A program made the translations under genes and the position numbers. This document shows positions 1-10,263 of a DNA stretch of 64,000 bases, in pieces. The first letter of the stretch is position 1, and the number at the start of each line of letters is the position of its first letter. This DNA is from an uncultured Nitrososphaerota archaeon. GTDB taxonomy: Archaea > Thermoproteota > Nitrososphaeria > Nitrososphaerales > CADDZS01. The stretch is taken from contig CAWCYI010000004.1 of the NCBI GenBank assembly GCA_963799845.1, forward strand, positions 192,001-256,000, in the 5' to 3' direction. The notes under the pieces are model-generated. The model was not told where the DNA came from, did no database searches, and saw nothing but the letters and a program-made list of their open reading frames with translations.

Positions 1-100
1 AAGTAAAGCGTGCCCTTTCGGCCTAGGAAAGCTGCGATAGTTTGATCAATTTGCCTTTCTCCTTCAGCTAGGACTGGCAATTAAAGTCCACTTACGATTT

Positions 101-454
101 CTAGTTGAGCGGAGTACCGCATTTATTACAGAATTTAGATCCTTCATTTGCAGAAGCTCCGCAATTATGACAGAATCTTCCGCTTGCTGCTTGAGGCGAG
201 TATGGTTGAGCTGCCGACAAAATAGTTTGTTTTTCTATTAATTTCGTACGCATTAAGAAAGAGCCAGACTGAATAGCAAGAATGAATTGTGTTCCGCATT
301 TCTGACATACCGCATCTGGCTGGGCAATTTCTAACACATGACCTCCGCACTTTGGACATCTAGAACGTTTCAAGGCTAGCTCGAAATCCGCTCTTTGTTT
401 CACTAATTGGCGGTTATGACGAGACATACAAAGAAAAGTGAAATTAAGAAACAT
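101..454 (-). CDS. Zinc-ribbon protein
   Basis: Four CxxC pairs; the C-terminal FCHNCG...FCNKCG is a typical double zinc ribbon. Confidence 0.6.
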   Translation of the reverse strand: MFLNFTFLCMSRHNRQLVKQRADFELALKRSRCPKCGGHVLEIAQPDAVCQKCGTQFILAIQSGSFLMRTKLIEKQTILSAAQPYSPQAASGRFCHNCGASANEGSKFCNKCGTPLN

Positions 455-798
455 TATTCATTACGAATCTCGAATCAAGAGTTGGAATCTAAGTATCACA
501 AATCTGAAGCACTCTATCAGAATAGGTGAACAAATCTCCCGTGCGTCTAGTTCTCACATACTTAATGTAGCGCTGATCCAATCCGTGAGAAATTAGAATC
601 ACGTGAATTGAAGATCTTTAATCCAATGCCTCAATGCAACGCCTCTATCAGAGCAGATTTTTTCGTTATGATTATGCTTGATAATGCAAGATTTGTCTTT
701 CTCAATGATTTCACGATTTCGAGATAAGCTCGAATATTCGTTAAAGATTTGTAGATTTGTTCTTCAGACGCGTTCTTGCTCTTCTTTGCAACAAAGTT

Positions 799-1023
799 CT
801 AGCGATAAGGGAGTTCCACAGGGTCATTAGGAACAAAAAGGCCGTAGTCAAGTAGTTCGTCTAACAGCTTGAATTCGGGCTTGGGATTCGATTTGGATAA
901 TTGATGTGAGTACAGATGAGGCTTGCAATGGGGACACGATTCAATTTTGTTCAATTCCACCAGTGTATCGTAAAGCCAAGCCTCGTCCATCTCGGAGGTG
1001 ACTTTTGCCCAATCTATTCTCAA
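799..1023 (-). CDS. Hypothetical protein
   Basis: 74-aa ORF co-oriented with neighbours; CPHC motif. Confidence 0.35.
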   Translation of the reverse strand: MRIDWAKVTSEMDEAWLYDTLVELNKIESCPHCKPHLYSHQLSKSNPKPEFKLLDELLDYGLFVPNDPVELPYR

Positions 1024-1055
1024 AGAAATTTCTGCCCCCCGGTATTCGGGATTTA

Positions 1056-1529
1056 TCAGTCTTCGGTGGAAGGGGCTTCCTTCAGAGAAGACATTTGTCT
1101 GATCTTACCCGAAAGAGTGATAAGTTGAAAATCTTCGTCAAAATTTTTCGGATAATCTGAGCCAGGATTGATTACGAAGTAGTGGCTCGAAAGAATCAGA
1201 TCATCACCTATACGCCCACAGCCATCCGCTGTGGGGATTACGAGGTCAATTCCTATTGGAATGCTTCCCGATTTTTTGATTCCTCCCCCGATATTTTCCC
1301 ATATCTTGACTATTTGTTCGACAGCACTGTTGGCGTCGACCGCCATCACATCATTTACAACTATTGTAAATGGCTCGTGCGCTGATATCGAATAGAGAAT
1401 TCCTACGAATCTCGTAAGATGTGAGGATGGTTGAGTTTGTTTCGGCTTCTTCAAATCTCTTCTGAATAACAGGATTGTTAGTTCAATCCCATCTTGTTCC
1501 TTGTTTTCTCGATTTCCTCTTTCCGGCAA
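1056..1529 (-). CDS. Hypothetical protein
   Basis: 157-aa ORF in the same minus-strand run as tfb. Confidence 0.5.
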   Translation of the reverse strand: MPERGNRENKEQDGIELTILLFRRDLKKPKQTQPSSHLTRFVGILYSISAHEPFTIVVNDVMAVDANSAVEQIVKIWENIGGGIKKSGSIPIGIDLVIPTADGCGRIGDDLILSSHYFVINPGSDYPKNFDEDFQLITLSGKIRQMSSLKEAPSTED

Positions 1530-1633
1530 ATTGAATCGTTTAGTTCATGCAGTCAGAAAATTTGGCGGTAAGCGTTCAGTAACGCCGACGGGGTGACTGT
1601 CAGCGAGAGGGTCTTTCTCTAAACGCGCACTTT

Positions 1634-2563
1634 TCAAAGATATTTGCTGAGTTCTTTAGATCTTTCTCGAACAGTGACTTCTGTTACACCAGCCGATACC
1701 GCTAGATCCTTCAAAAGATTCTTTTTGTTTTCATTTTCAGCTAAAGAAGAAACTAAGAGAGCTGAAGCCGCCAAACCTTTCGGATTTTTTCCTTCCGTAA
1801 TCTTAGATTCTTTGGCACGATTCAAGATGTCAATTGCCCTAATTGTTACCTTTTCCGACAATCCAATTTTGCTCGCAATTTGCGAGATTGACTTCACCGG
1901 ATCAGGTAAGATCGTTAGATCAAGTTCTCTCATAAGCAGATGATAGCCCTTCAAGACTTCGGCTTCCGAAACATCGCTTATTCGAAGCAGTTCTTCGACC
2001 GCTTTCTGATCTCCTGTTTCTCGGATAGCCGCATAAAGCGATGCAGTGATCAGTCCGAGAATAGAATGACCACGGATGAGGTCTCTTTCAAGCGCTTTAA
2101 GGTAAATATGTTCAGTTCTCCGAACAAGCAAAACTCTTAGATTAAGATTATGTGCGAGTTTATCCAATTCATCGAAAGCCTTCTTTTTGTTTCTGTCGGA
2201 TTGAGTGTGTAACTGAGTTTCGTTATCTAACTTACGAAGTCCAGCTTGCGTAAGAGATCCCGAAGATTCGCGTGTTGCCCTTCCGTTTTGGTAACCTATG
2301 ACCGTGAGTGGACCGTGGCGGCGAGCGAGTTTTTGGACATTAGGATCATCATAATCCCTCTTGCGTTTTTCGTAAGTGCCTGAACCCGGAACCGTCTTGC
2401 GCCTTTCGCTGATTACATGCCCGCATTCAGCGCAGACGAGTTGGCTTTTGTCTAAAACGACTAAGCCTCTCTTACAAAAAGGACATCTCGCCGGTATGTC
2501 GATGTCTCTCTTATTCGCTGTTAGAAATTCTTTCGAGACGATGGGGCCATTGTTGCTGCTCAC
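1634..2563 (-). CDS. tfb: Transcription initiation factor IIB (TFB) paralogue
   Basis: N-terminal CPFC...CAECG Zn ribbon; two cyclin repeats with GHSILGLITASLYAA, GKNPKGLAASAL and C-terminal AGVTEVTVRER motifs typical of archaeal TFB. Confidence 0.9.
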   Translation of the reverse strand: MSSNNGPIVSKEFLTANKRDIDIPARCPFCKRGLVVLDKSQLVCAECGHVISERRKTVPGSGTYEKRKRDYDDPNVQKLARRHGPLTVIGYQNGRATRESSGSLTQAGLRKLDNETQLHTQSDRNKKKAFDELDKLAHNLNLRVLLVRRTEHIYLKALERDLIRGHSILGLITASLYAAIRETGDQKAVEELLRISDVSEAEVLKGYHLLMRELDLTILPDPVKSISQIASKIGLSEKVTIRAIDILNRAKESKITEGKNPKGLAASALLVSSLAENENKKNLLKDLAVSAGVTEVTVRERSKELSKYL

Positions 2564-2616
2564 GTGGTTACACCGTCGAGAACTCCGACCAGGGTTTTGT
2601 CAACATTCCCTAAAAA

Positions 2617-3243
2617 TCATCGAATAGAACCTTCTTTCCACTTTAAGAAGTCGTACATTGTGAGAATGCCGAGCAGACGCTCCTTCTGATCAAGGACAAT
2701 TATAGTATTCCTGACTTCTATCAGCTTTCTCGCAGTTTCTGCGGGTTCGTTTGGATCCATTACTGCAAATTTGTTCCCCTCTAGTGCTTCGCCAATGGAT
2801 TTTGCATCCGGATGGGTTAAAATGCTCTTGTCATTAATCAATCCTGCCAGTCCCTTATGTAGTCGGGAGTGCAGGACCGGCAACTGAGAGAAATTATATT
2901 TTGTCATAATGTCCTTGGCGACACTGATATTTTCATTTTCTTCTACAGAAACTGCTTTTCGGATTTTTTTTGCATCCAATATGCTCTGTACGGTTGGGGG
3001 AGGAGCTTCGATCTGAGGTGCCATTGTGTAGATGCTATCAATCATTAGCCTCACGGTTTCATACTTTGGCAATAGAGAACCATTTGCATAGCGAGAGAGT
3101 GCACCTTTGCTTATTCCGCACTCTTTTGCCAATCTGTATCTCTTGATACCACGCGATTGCATGACCAGAAATAACTGAGTCATGAGTTCGCTCAGAGGAG
3201 GCAGGCGTATCAGATTCTCGTAGTCTTCTATCAAATGTATCAA
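2617..3243 (-). CDS. XRE-type HTH + CBS-pair transcriptional regulator
   Basis: LAKECGISKGALSRYANG HTH; MTKYNFSQLPV and LLGILTMYD CBS motifs. Confidence 0.8.
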   Translation of the reverse strand: MIHLIEDYENLIRLPPLSELMTQLFLVMQSRGIKRYRLAKECGISKGALSRYANGSLLPKYETVRLMIDSIYTMAPQIEAPPPTVQSILDAKKIRKAVSVEENENISVAKDIMTKYNFSQLPVLHSRLHKGLAGLINDKSILTHPDAKSIGEALEGNKFAVMDPNEPAETARKLIEVRNTIIVLDQKERLLGILTMYDFLKWKEGSIR

Positions 3244-3253
3244 TCCTCGAGAG

Positions 3254-3291
3254 GTTTACCAGGAGTAAACTTGTTTCTCAAGATTCTTGAG
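3254..3291. promoter_or_regulatory. Two palindromic operator-like sites in a divergent promoter region
   Basis: GTTTAC-N5-GTAAAC (3254-3270) and CTCAAGA-T-TCTTGAG (3277-3291) between the divergent HTH-CBS gene and ORF 3324. Confidence 0.5.
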
Positions 3292-3323
3292 TCCTGATAA
3301 CACCTCAAGTATATGGTAGAAGT

Positions 3324-3815
3324 ATGTCGAACCAAAAACAGATTCACCAATCAGTAAACGTCTTCGGACCAATAGTTTCCGGCATCTCACTTGATCTGTG
3401 TCGAGTTTGTAATTGTCCTCTCGATACCAATCGAGATAAGCAATGGGTTCGAAGGAGAGACCGAAGATGCCAAGACTGTGTCCGCGGATACCAGCGTATT
3501 TTGATGGCTAAGCTTAGAGACCCGTTGAACGAAGACCCAGTAAAGCGGAAAGAACGTCTGAGAAAGCAACGAATTCTCAACAGACGATTCCGTAGGACGC
3601 GAGGGCAATCTGAACTGGGGACGACCAGTTCGAAGAAGAACGCTTCCCTCGCTGATTATATTCGCGGGCAAGCAAGGGCGTTGGGACTTCAGACATATCT
3701 TCAGTTGTGCCACTCATCACAGTTGGAGGAAATCAGACAATTCTCCACTCCCGATGTCAAACAGGTTCACTTTGATGACGAACGAATAGCAGGATCTTTA
3801 GCCACTAGCCACTAA
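3324..3815 (+). CDS. Hypothetical Zn-finger/basic protein
   Basis: CRVC...CQDC followed by an Arg-rich segment; first gene of a long + strand run. Confidence 0.55.
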   Translation: MSNQKQIHQSVNVFGPIVSGISLDLCRVCNCPLDTNRDKQWVRRRDRRCQDCVRGYQRILMAKLRDPLNEDPVKRKERLRKQRILNRRFRRTRGQSELGTTSSKKNASLADYIRGQARALGLQTYLQLCHSSQLEEIRQFSTPDVKQVHFDDERIAGSLATSH

Positions 3816-3843
3816 CAATTCTATGTTTCAGAAGTGAAAAATC

Positions 3844-4074
3844 ATGGAATCAGAAACCCTACACCAATCCGATATAGAAAGGGAAACGCTGAGTCTATCG
3901 AAACGTCTAAAGAAACCTGCAAATCACGCTGATTCATGTACTTGCTTCTTTTGTATGGGCGGTTCGGTAGACGATTTGGATTTTACCTATCATAGATCTA
4001 AATACGACAATCCCATAGCAGACGATGACCAATTAGATTACGGTAGAATGGGCGTGTATAACCCCAATTACTAA
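3844..4074 (+). CDS. Hypothetical protein
   Basis: 76 aa, preceded by a repeat copy; H-x3-C-x-C-x2-C cluster. Confidence 0.55.
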   Translation: MESETLHQSDIERETLSLSKRLKKPANHADSCTCFFCMGGSVDDLDFTYHRSKYDNPIADDDQLDYGRMGVYNPNY

Positions 4075-4406
4075 GGCAATTAAGCGAACCTCATCTTGGT
4101 CACTGTTGACCCGGCTATACATGAAAAATCACGTATTCAGAAACTGCGAAGGAATACGAAATCTCTTGGTAACCCTTCTACTATGAAGTAATGCAACATC
4201 ATGTAATCGTAACTGATATTCTGCCGGGTCTGTCCGAACTCGCTCTTGAGCTCGAAGACACAACAATAGTACAAATTCTGCGCTAGGTCCAGTGCAAGAT
4301 TAATCCACGTTTTCTCTTAGGGCGCACTACGAGGATGCCCACCCAGGAACGAAATTCGAATCAACTCTGGCGACTAACAATCCTTTTGTGCAGTGAGCGA
4401 AAAATC

Positions 4407-4622
4407 TTGGAATCTGAAATCCAACGCCAACCAGATCTAGAAGAGGACCCAATGGGCCTATTGAAACGCTTGCCTTCACATTTTACTGAATCTTCTCTGA
4501 AGACATGCTTTCTTTGCAGGAAACCGATTTGGACGGAAGAAATGTTTGAGCACGTTAGAACGACTCACACGACACCAAGTAGTTTTCTGGCTGACGCTAA
4601 ACTAAGCTCATCGACCCGCTAA
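4407..4622 (+). CDS. Hypothetical C2H2-like Zn-finger protein (start revised to TTG 4407)
   Basis: TTG follows the repeat copy; N-terminus MESEIQRQPDLE resembles MESETLHQSDIE of ORF 3844; CFLC...HVRTTH. Confidence 0.55.
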   Translation: MESEIQRQPDLEEDPMGLLKRLPSHFTESSLKTCFLCRKPIWTEEMFEHVRTTHTTPSSFLADAKLSSSTR

Positions 4623-4652
4623 CAATGTCCGGCAACAGAGAGTGAACATGGC

Positions 4653-5099
4653 TTGTTTTACCCGATACTACATCAGGATTGGAAAAAATTAGTGGATACC
4701 AAGACTTTGGGAGAGATGAAGGAATATCTACACGGACTTGGCGTACCCAATGAGTGGGGCTACGCCCCACACGGTCTCGCCCGAATTCTTGACGACATTC
4801 CAGATTCTTGTGATCAATTGCTGAATGGCAAGAGGGTCTTAAGAGACTTAGGAAAGTGCGTGGAAGCGATCGACATTGCACTTTTTCGCAACTGGCGTGA
4901 CTATCAGTCGCTGCCAGTATATGGATTAGAAGACGACGATGAGTTCGAAGCCTGTTCTGAGATTCTTCACGGATTGAGAAATAGACTGACTTCGAAATAC
5001 GGCGAAGGAATCCTAGAAGAGAAGTATCCCGAACCGATTAACGGTTGCGCCAGCGGCTTCATTGTAATCCCAGACTCATCGATTGTTTCAGAGTATTGA
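4653..5099 (+). CDS. Hypothetical protein
   Basis: 148-aa ORF after a repeat copy. Confidence 0.6.
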   Translation: MFYPILHQDWKKLVDTKTLGEMKEYLHGLGVPNEWGYAPHGLARILDDIPDSCDQLLNGKRVLRDLGKCVEAIDIALFRNWRDYQSLPVYGLEDDDEFEACSEILHGLRNRLTSKYGEGILEEKYPEPINGCASGFIVIPDSSIVSEY

Positions 5100-5144
5100 C
5101 CCTGAACGTCACTAACAATTCTACGTCTTGGGAGTGAAAAATCA

Positions 5145-5423
5145 ATGCATTCAGAAACAATGTTTGCGAAAAAAACATCAAAGAAAAATGGGAAGGGGGC
5201 TAGAATTATTGGTGTTAAGGATAAATCTCACAATGATTACTACGAAATGCTAGAGAACGATCCTGGACTCGACGGGGCAGAGTTTTGGATTTTCGAAATC
5301 CTGGAAAATGGCAAGATCCTGTTCAACGACAAGGAAATGACCGTAGAAGGGTTTCATGAGTGTCTTAGGGCAGGTGGTGAGATATGGAGTTCAAGGCAAC
5401 TCCAATCCACTAACAATCCATAG
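5145..5423 (+). CDS. Hypothetical protein
   Basis: 92-aa ORF after a repeat copy. Confidence 0.55.
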   Translation: MHSETMFAKKTSKKNGKGARIIGVKDKSHNDYYEMLENDPGLDGAEFWIFEILENGKILFNDKEMTVEGFHECLRAGGEIWSSRQLQSTNNP

Positions 5424-5433
5424 GTTGATACAA

Positions 5434-5907
5434 ATGAACGCAACCCAAGACTCGAAGAATGACTACTCACCTCCAGGAATTTTGAACTTTAAGGAGGATG
5501 GACTAGTAATCCTCTGGAAGTGCAGGTGCCAAAAAGGAGAATCACAATTACTGAGGATTCTTGAATCAAAGAAAGTCTTTGATAGAGTCCTTGACCTCCA
5601 CCGGGGTAATTCAAATCCTGAAAAGATATACGTGTATCAAAATTTGCGACGTGGCGAGCACATCCTAATTCACACAGATTTGCCCTCACTTTCCCTTCAG
5701 GGCTTTGGTTACGACATGAGTCCCGATGAGGAATCCCTCCGCATGTGGAATAAGTTGAAGGGAAGTCAGAATGGGTTGCTGGTCGAGAAGCAACTTTACG
5801 TGGTTGTACCAATTTCGCAGCTGCGACGCAGACTTCTCTTCTCAATAGAAATTATGGACCCAAGCGGAACGATCAGGGGACTCAAGTCAATAAAGAAACT
5901 ATGGTGA
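5434..5907 (+). CDS. Hypothetical protein (start revised to ATG 5434)
   Basis: In-frame ATG after the stop of the previous ORF. Confidence 0.55.
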   Translation: MNATQDSKNDYSPPGILNFKEDGLVILWKCRCQKGESQLLRILESKKVFDRVLDLHRGNSNPEKIYVYQNLRRGEHILIHTDLPSLSLQGFGYDMSPDEESLRMWNKLKGSQNGLLVEKQLYVVVPISQLRRRLLFSIEIMDPSGTIRGLKSIKKLW

Positions 5908-5913
5908 CTCGAA

Positions 5914-6408
5914 GTGGAAGAAATAGAAGACAAGGAAGACGAGTTCGTGAATGACGATCCCACATCTCTAGCAGAGATGACCTTGTCCTTAATCGAGGAG
6001 TTGTTCATTTATCCGGAGTCCGAGGAGGACATCAAACTTGCAGATAGGATCTATCAAAGAGGGTTCCAAAAACACTGTAGTTTCAATGCTTTCGCTTCTT
6101 CACCTCTCTTTCGGAAATTGAAGGAACTTCCAGAAGAGGACTGGTACGCCGTGTTCGCAAATGCCAGAAAGAAACGGGACTGGCTATGCGAGTGGGAGAG
6201 GAATTTTATTCTCCGCAATTTCGGCAAGTTCGAGCTGGGCGTAATCTACGACAAGTTGTCTCTCTGGAACATTCTCCTTGCGTCAGACGTAGGTCATCCG
6301 AGTCATAGAGCCGTAAAGGAATCTATGCTAAATTCAGGAGAAATTCTTGGAGCGATTGCTCGCGAAAAAACAAGACGGAAGAGTTCCCCGAAAGGAGCGA
6401 TTCAGTAA
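5914..6408 (+). CDS. Hypothetical protein
   Basis: 164-aa ORF tightly packed in the operon. Confidence 0.6.
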   Translation: MEEIEDKEDEFVNDDPTSLAEMTLSLIEELFIYPESEEDIKLADRIYQRGFQKHCSFNAFASSPLFRKLKELPEEDWYAVFANARKKRDWLCEWERNFILRNFGKFELGVIYDKLSLWNILLASDVGHPSHRAVKESMLNSGEILGAIAREKTRRKSSPKGAIQ

Positions 6409-6409
6409 C

Positions 6410-6925
6410 ATGGTATCTCAGAAAGAATTGTACAAATTTAATACCCGAATGACGGACATCAACCAGTACATCCAAGACCGTGTTGAAACTGGTTTCGGTC
6501 CCCTCTCGATATGGTATGTCCTACGGCTCAGATTGTTAAAGGAAGGTCGAAGCGACGAATTCCCTTCATACGAGAAAGTCCGAGCTCGAGTCGGGTACCT
6601 TAACCGCTTGAAAGAAGTAAAAGATGTTAGGCTGGATTGGAGGACGATCCAGCTAATCGAGAAGGGATACATTCCACCTTACAACCATCGGGTCGAGGGT
6701 CTAATCTTCAGGGAGTGGCCCCTCCCCTTCATCAGGGGTACGATACAGTCGAAAATGTCCCACATGAGAATTCGATGGCAGGACGTTGCGGAGATCGCAC
6801 TTTTTGATGCTGAACGACAACTTACCGATCTCCAAGAAGGTGTTCTCAAGAAAGCCCGTAGGACAGGAAAAAGCGTTCTCGATATCCTCATGGGAGAAGA
6901 GGAGGCGAGTGACTACGGCTCCTGA
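6410..6925 (+). CDS. Hypothetical protein immediately upstream of pPolB (candidate terminal protein)
   Basis: ATG 6410 follows the upstream stop; overlaps the polB start. Terminal-protein role is a positional inference only. Confidence 0.55.
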   Translation: MVSQKELYKFNTRMTDINQYIQDRVETGFGPLSIWYVLRLRLLKEGRSDEFPSYEKVRARVGYLNRLKEVKDVRLDWRTIQLIEKGYIPPYNHRVEGLIFREWPLPFIRGTIQSKMSHMRIRWQDVAEIALFDAERQLTDLQEGVLKKARRTGKSVLDILMGEEEASDYGS

Positions 6926-9268
6926 AAATCCTTACAACGTCACGAAACTTCTGGCAAAAAAGCCTCGCCAACTCAGTCGGCGCGAATTTAGGGTGATCGG
7001 GATCGACACCGAAGTGTGTCGTGGTCAAGTTGTCTTGCTCTGTTCAAGCGGAGTGCCCAATGCCAAGTCGGGAAAATTCATGAGATCGGATAAGATCCTG
7101 TACCCCAATCTTGAGCAAGCGGTCGAATTCCTTTGGAAAAACATGCCAATTTCAAAAAGAAAGTACGACAAGATTGGGGATTCTGGAACATCAAATACGA
7201 TTTTTCGGTTTTATTCAAGAATTGGTTTAGGCACGTCACTAAACTCGACGAGTGGCTGGAAGCATGCGAAAATGGCTTCGACGTAGGTGAATTTGTGGGG
7301 GAGAAAGAGGACGCGGAAGGAAAAGTGAAGCGCCTCTTCTACTATCACATCAACTTCATCCAGGGAAAGGGGTTCTCCATTACGGAGCACCGATTGAACA
7401 AACAAAAGAACGTCCAATCCCGCACCAAGTCATATTACGATATCAGTGATTTCTACAAGAACGAGTCAGGAAAATCTTCCCTTGAGAACGCTGCAGAACA
7501 TTTTCTTGACGATCGCAAGAATGGTGACGTCGACAGGGAACGGCTGGGCGAAGAAGAGCAATATTGGTTAGAGCATCAGCAAGAAACAATCGACTACTGT
7601 ATCCAGGACTGCCAACTTACCTCTAGACTCGGCTCGAAAATGACCAGGAAGAGCGGTGAGATAATCCGACGGTTCGCGGACAGGCAATTCTGGCCAAAGT
7701 ACTATTATTCATGCGCGGGTCTCTCCAAGGCGCTCCTTGAAGCAAAGCATCCTGAGCTCCAGGACAAATTCTTCCTATTCGACTGGAAGATTATCGAGAT
7801 GTCTTGGCTCGCCTATCAAGGCGCCCATACCGAAGTCCGTAAGTTTGGAAGGAATGACGGGGTCTCGCGCGTAGACATCTCGCAAGCCTATCCACATGCA
7901 ATATCCAAGTTGCCTAGGATGGATCTGCTGGAATGCCAAGAAGTTACAGAATCACATGATAACGCAGTCATTGGAATCTACAAAATCTTGGTCAGGTACA
8001 ACGGTAAGATTCCTTGCAAGAAAGACGATGGCACTGTCTATTGTCCAATCGGAGCTAAACGTCTGCCCGACTACGTGACGAATATTGGTCTGAAGTACTT
8101 CAAAGAGGCAGGATACGACGTTGAAGTCGTCGAAGGAATCGAATTCTTTTACAAAGACATCGAAAGCGACCACACGGTGCATCCGGGGCACAAATGCTCA
8201 GAATCCTGCAATCCAGTATTGCAGTTCCCTGAAACAGTTGCCCTTTACCACGAACGCTCTAAAGAAAAGAAGCTCAAACAGCAGGAAGGGGACGAGCACG
8301 ACCTCACGCAGTGGTTCATCAAACAGACAATGGCTGCCGAGTATGGGGTGCTTGCGTCCAACAAACACAATGTCTCAGCTTTCACGAATTTCATCTACGC
8401 GTCTCTGGTGACTGAGCATTGCCGGGTCACGATCTGGAAACTCTGTGATAAGATTGGCTGGGAGAATGTCGTATTCATCTTCACCGATGCAGTAGCGTAT
8501 ATCGACAAAGGGCAGCTGACCGAGGAAGACATTGTGAAGGAACTCGGAGGGCTGGAGAAAGACATCGAGAAAACCACGATGATAACCTACGAGTGTGGTC
8601 TGTACACTTACTACTCTAACAAGAACGAAGACGGGGACAACCACGATACTGACATCGAGCAGAGAAAGTTTTGCTCTTGCCCTGACGAAGGGATAGAAGA
8701 CGAGGATAGCACATGCTCTTGTGACAAACGATGCTATATGAAGTGCTTTTGCGGCAAGGAGTGTCATTGCCGTTGGAAACTCAAGAAGAGAGGCGTGCCT
8801 AGTCTTACTGTGAAACAGCTATTCGGAGCGCAAGGGAATGTTCTGAAGATCGGCAGGACCAAAGCGATGACTCTGTTTGAAGGCATCCGGGATAAGAAAT
8901 TTGACGAGATAGGGCGATTCTACTATGAGGAGAAGGAAATCAATCTTTGGTCAAACAAGGAGAAGCGAGACTTCAAAGACGATACCTTGCTCAATTTTGA
9001 GATATTCAATTCACAGAGCGTAGATTCGTATCCATTAGAGATTCAAGACCCCGAGTATCACCCAGATGTCCCTTCGAGCGTTAAAGATCAACGATGCAAA
9101 GTCCTGCGTAGACTCCTCTCTTCCACTCTAAAGAACCGCAACTTCAAAGTCGAGCAAGAAATCCTCGAACAAATCAAGAAAGACGAAGTTGCGTTCCAGA
9201 AGGTCCGGAACATTGTCCTAACTCTTCTCAAATCGCAAACTCAAGTCGCTACGTCCAGTTCGGGGTGA
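6909..9268 (+). CDS. polB: Family B DNA polymerase, protein-primed type (one frameshift at ~7150-7180)
   Basis: ExoI IGIDTE in ORF 6786-7286; ExoII FWNIKYD, ExoIII YCIQD, PolA DISQAYP, PolB KQTMAAEYG and PolC IFTDA in ORF 7133-9268; TPR1-like segment GIYKILV...YCPIG...VEVVEGIEF. Confidence 0.85.
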
Positions 9269-9280
9269 TTCGAGTCTCCA

Positions 9281-9854
9281 ATGTCCGAACAAAAAATTCT
9301 CAGTTCCGATGAGATCTACCTAGACAATATCGTCATTGATAAACCTGCAACTTATGGATGCGTCCACGCAGCTCTCGAATATGATTCCGGGTACCCGACT
9401 ATTCACCTGATAGATTATTCGAGAGTAGAAAACGTAGAGCTCAGCTCTCGTCAGTTCGCTTTCTCATGAAACTTTGCATTTTGTTTTAGGAAAAATTGGC
9501 GTAGAGCCTATTCAACCGCCGAACTTCCCATCATACTGGACTATGCCTTCCCTGGACAAGTTACATTCGATCTGGACACAAACTGGATATGAGCGTGGAG
9601 TCAAGACAGAGACTGATGTATCAGGGATCTCAAATTTTCTTGTTAACTATAGGCTGGTCAACCCGAAATACGGACGGCAGGCGTTTTGGTCAACTGTTGA
9701 TATGCTCTGCGATGGTCTACAAGAAATATTCAGTGCCCCTATTCTTGACAAGCGATATGCGGAAAATCTGATCAAAGGCTACTTCACATTTAGGGTGTAT
9801 TTGCCTGATTACATTCGGCAAGAAGCTCACGAGAAGGGGCTGGATAAATCTTGA
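9281..9854 (+). CDS. Hypothetical protein(s); ORFs 9281-9469 and 9474-9854 may be one frameshifted gene
   Basis: Adjacent co-oriented ORFs downstream of polB. Confidence 0.4.
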
Positions 9855-10252
9855 CAGATATAATTCATTCGAGTCCTTCAACATTCCGGGGTAATATCCC
9901 AAGGGCTATCCTCTTTGATGACTCGGCGTGTGTTTTTTGTCAAGAGAAGACTCTCCTGTGGCACAGGGAAAACGTAGTGGAATTTGCAAGAAAGGTCGGA
10001 TTGGATAATGCGCCAAAGAGCTACAAATACCCGAGCGGAAAAAGAGCTTGTTTTGAGTGTGGCCAGGGGATAATCGATGAAATGCGTGCTTGCTATCTCA
10101 ACACAATCCATCTTCGAAATCCCATCAGTTTGAAGTATTCAACTGATAACGCACGATACTGGAGAGAATATTTTACCGATGAATGTGATCTCTGCCTAAA
10201 GAAATCCGTAGAAGGCAAGCTAACGTTGACCACGACCATGATTCGGGGCTAA
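9851..10252 (+). CDS. Hypothetical Cys-rich (Zn-binding) protein
   Basis: CVFC, CFEC and CDLC motifs. Confidence 0.5.
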   Translation: MTDIIHSSPSTFRGNIPRAILFDDSACVFCQEKTLLWHRENVVEFARKVGLDNAPKSYKYPSGKRACFECGQGIIDEMRACYLNTIHLRNPISLKYSTDNARYWREYFTDECDLCLKKSVEGKLTLTTTMIRG

Positions 10253-10263
10253 TCAGGGGCGTC

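Larger units (their letters stand above)
3811..5436 (+). repeat. Dispersed ~45-bp direct repeat (ACTAACAAT...GAGTGAAAAATC) preceding successive small ORFs
   Basis: Copies at 3811, 4373, 4618 (degenerate), 5111 and 5409 (partial); the first four start 33-35 nt before the start codons at 3844, 4407, 4653 and 5145. Confidence 0.75.

Noticed and set aside
7150-7180. Programmed frameshift in polB
   Set aside because: No in-phase X-XXY-YYZ heptamer; similar indels occur throughout the window.
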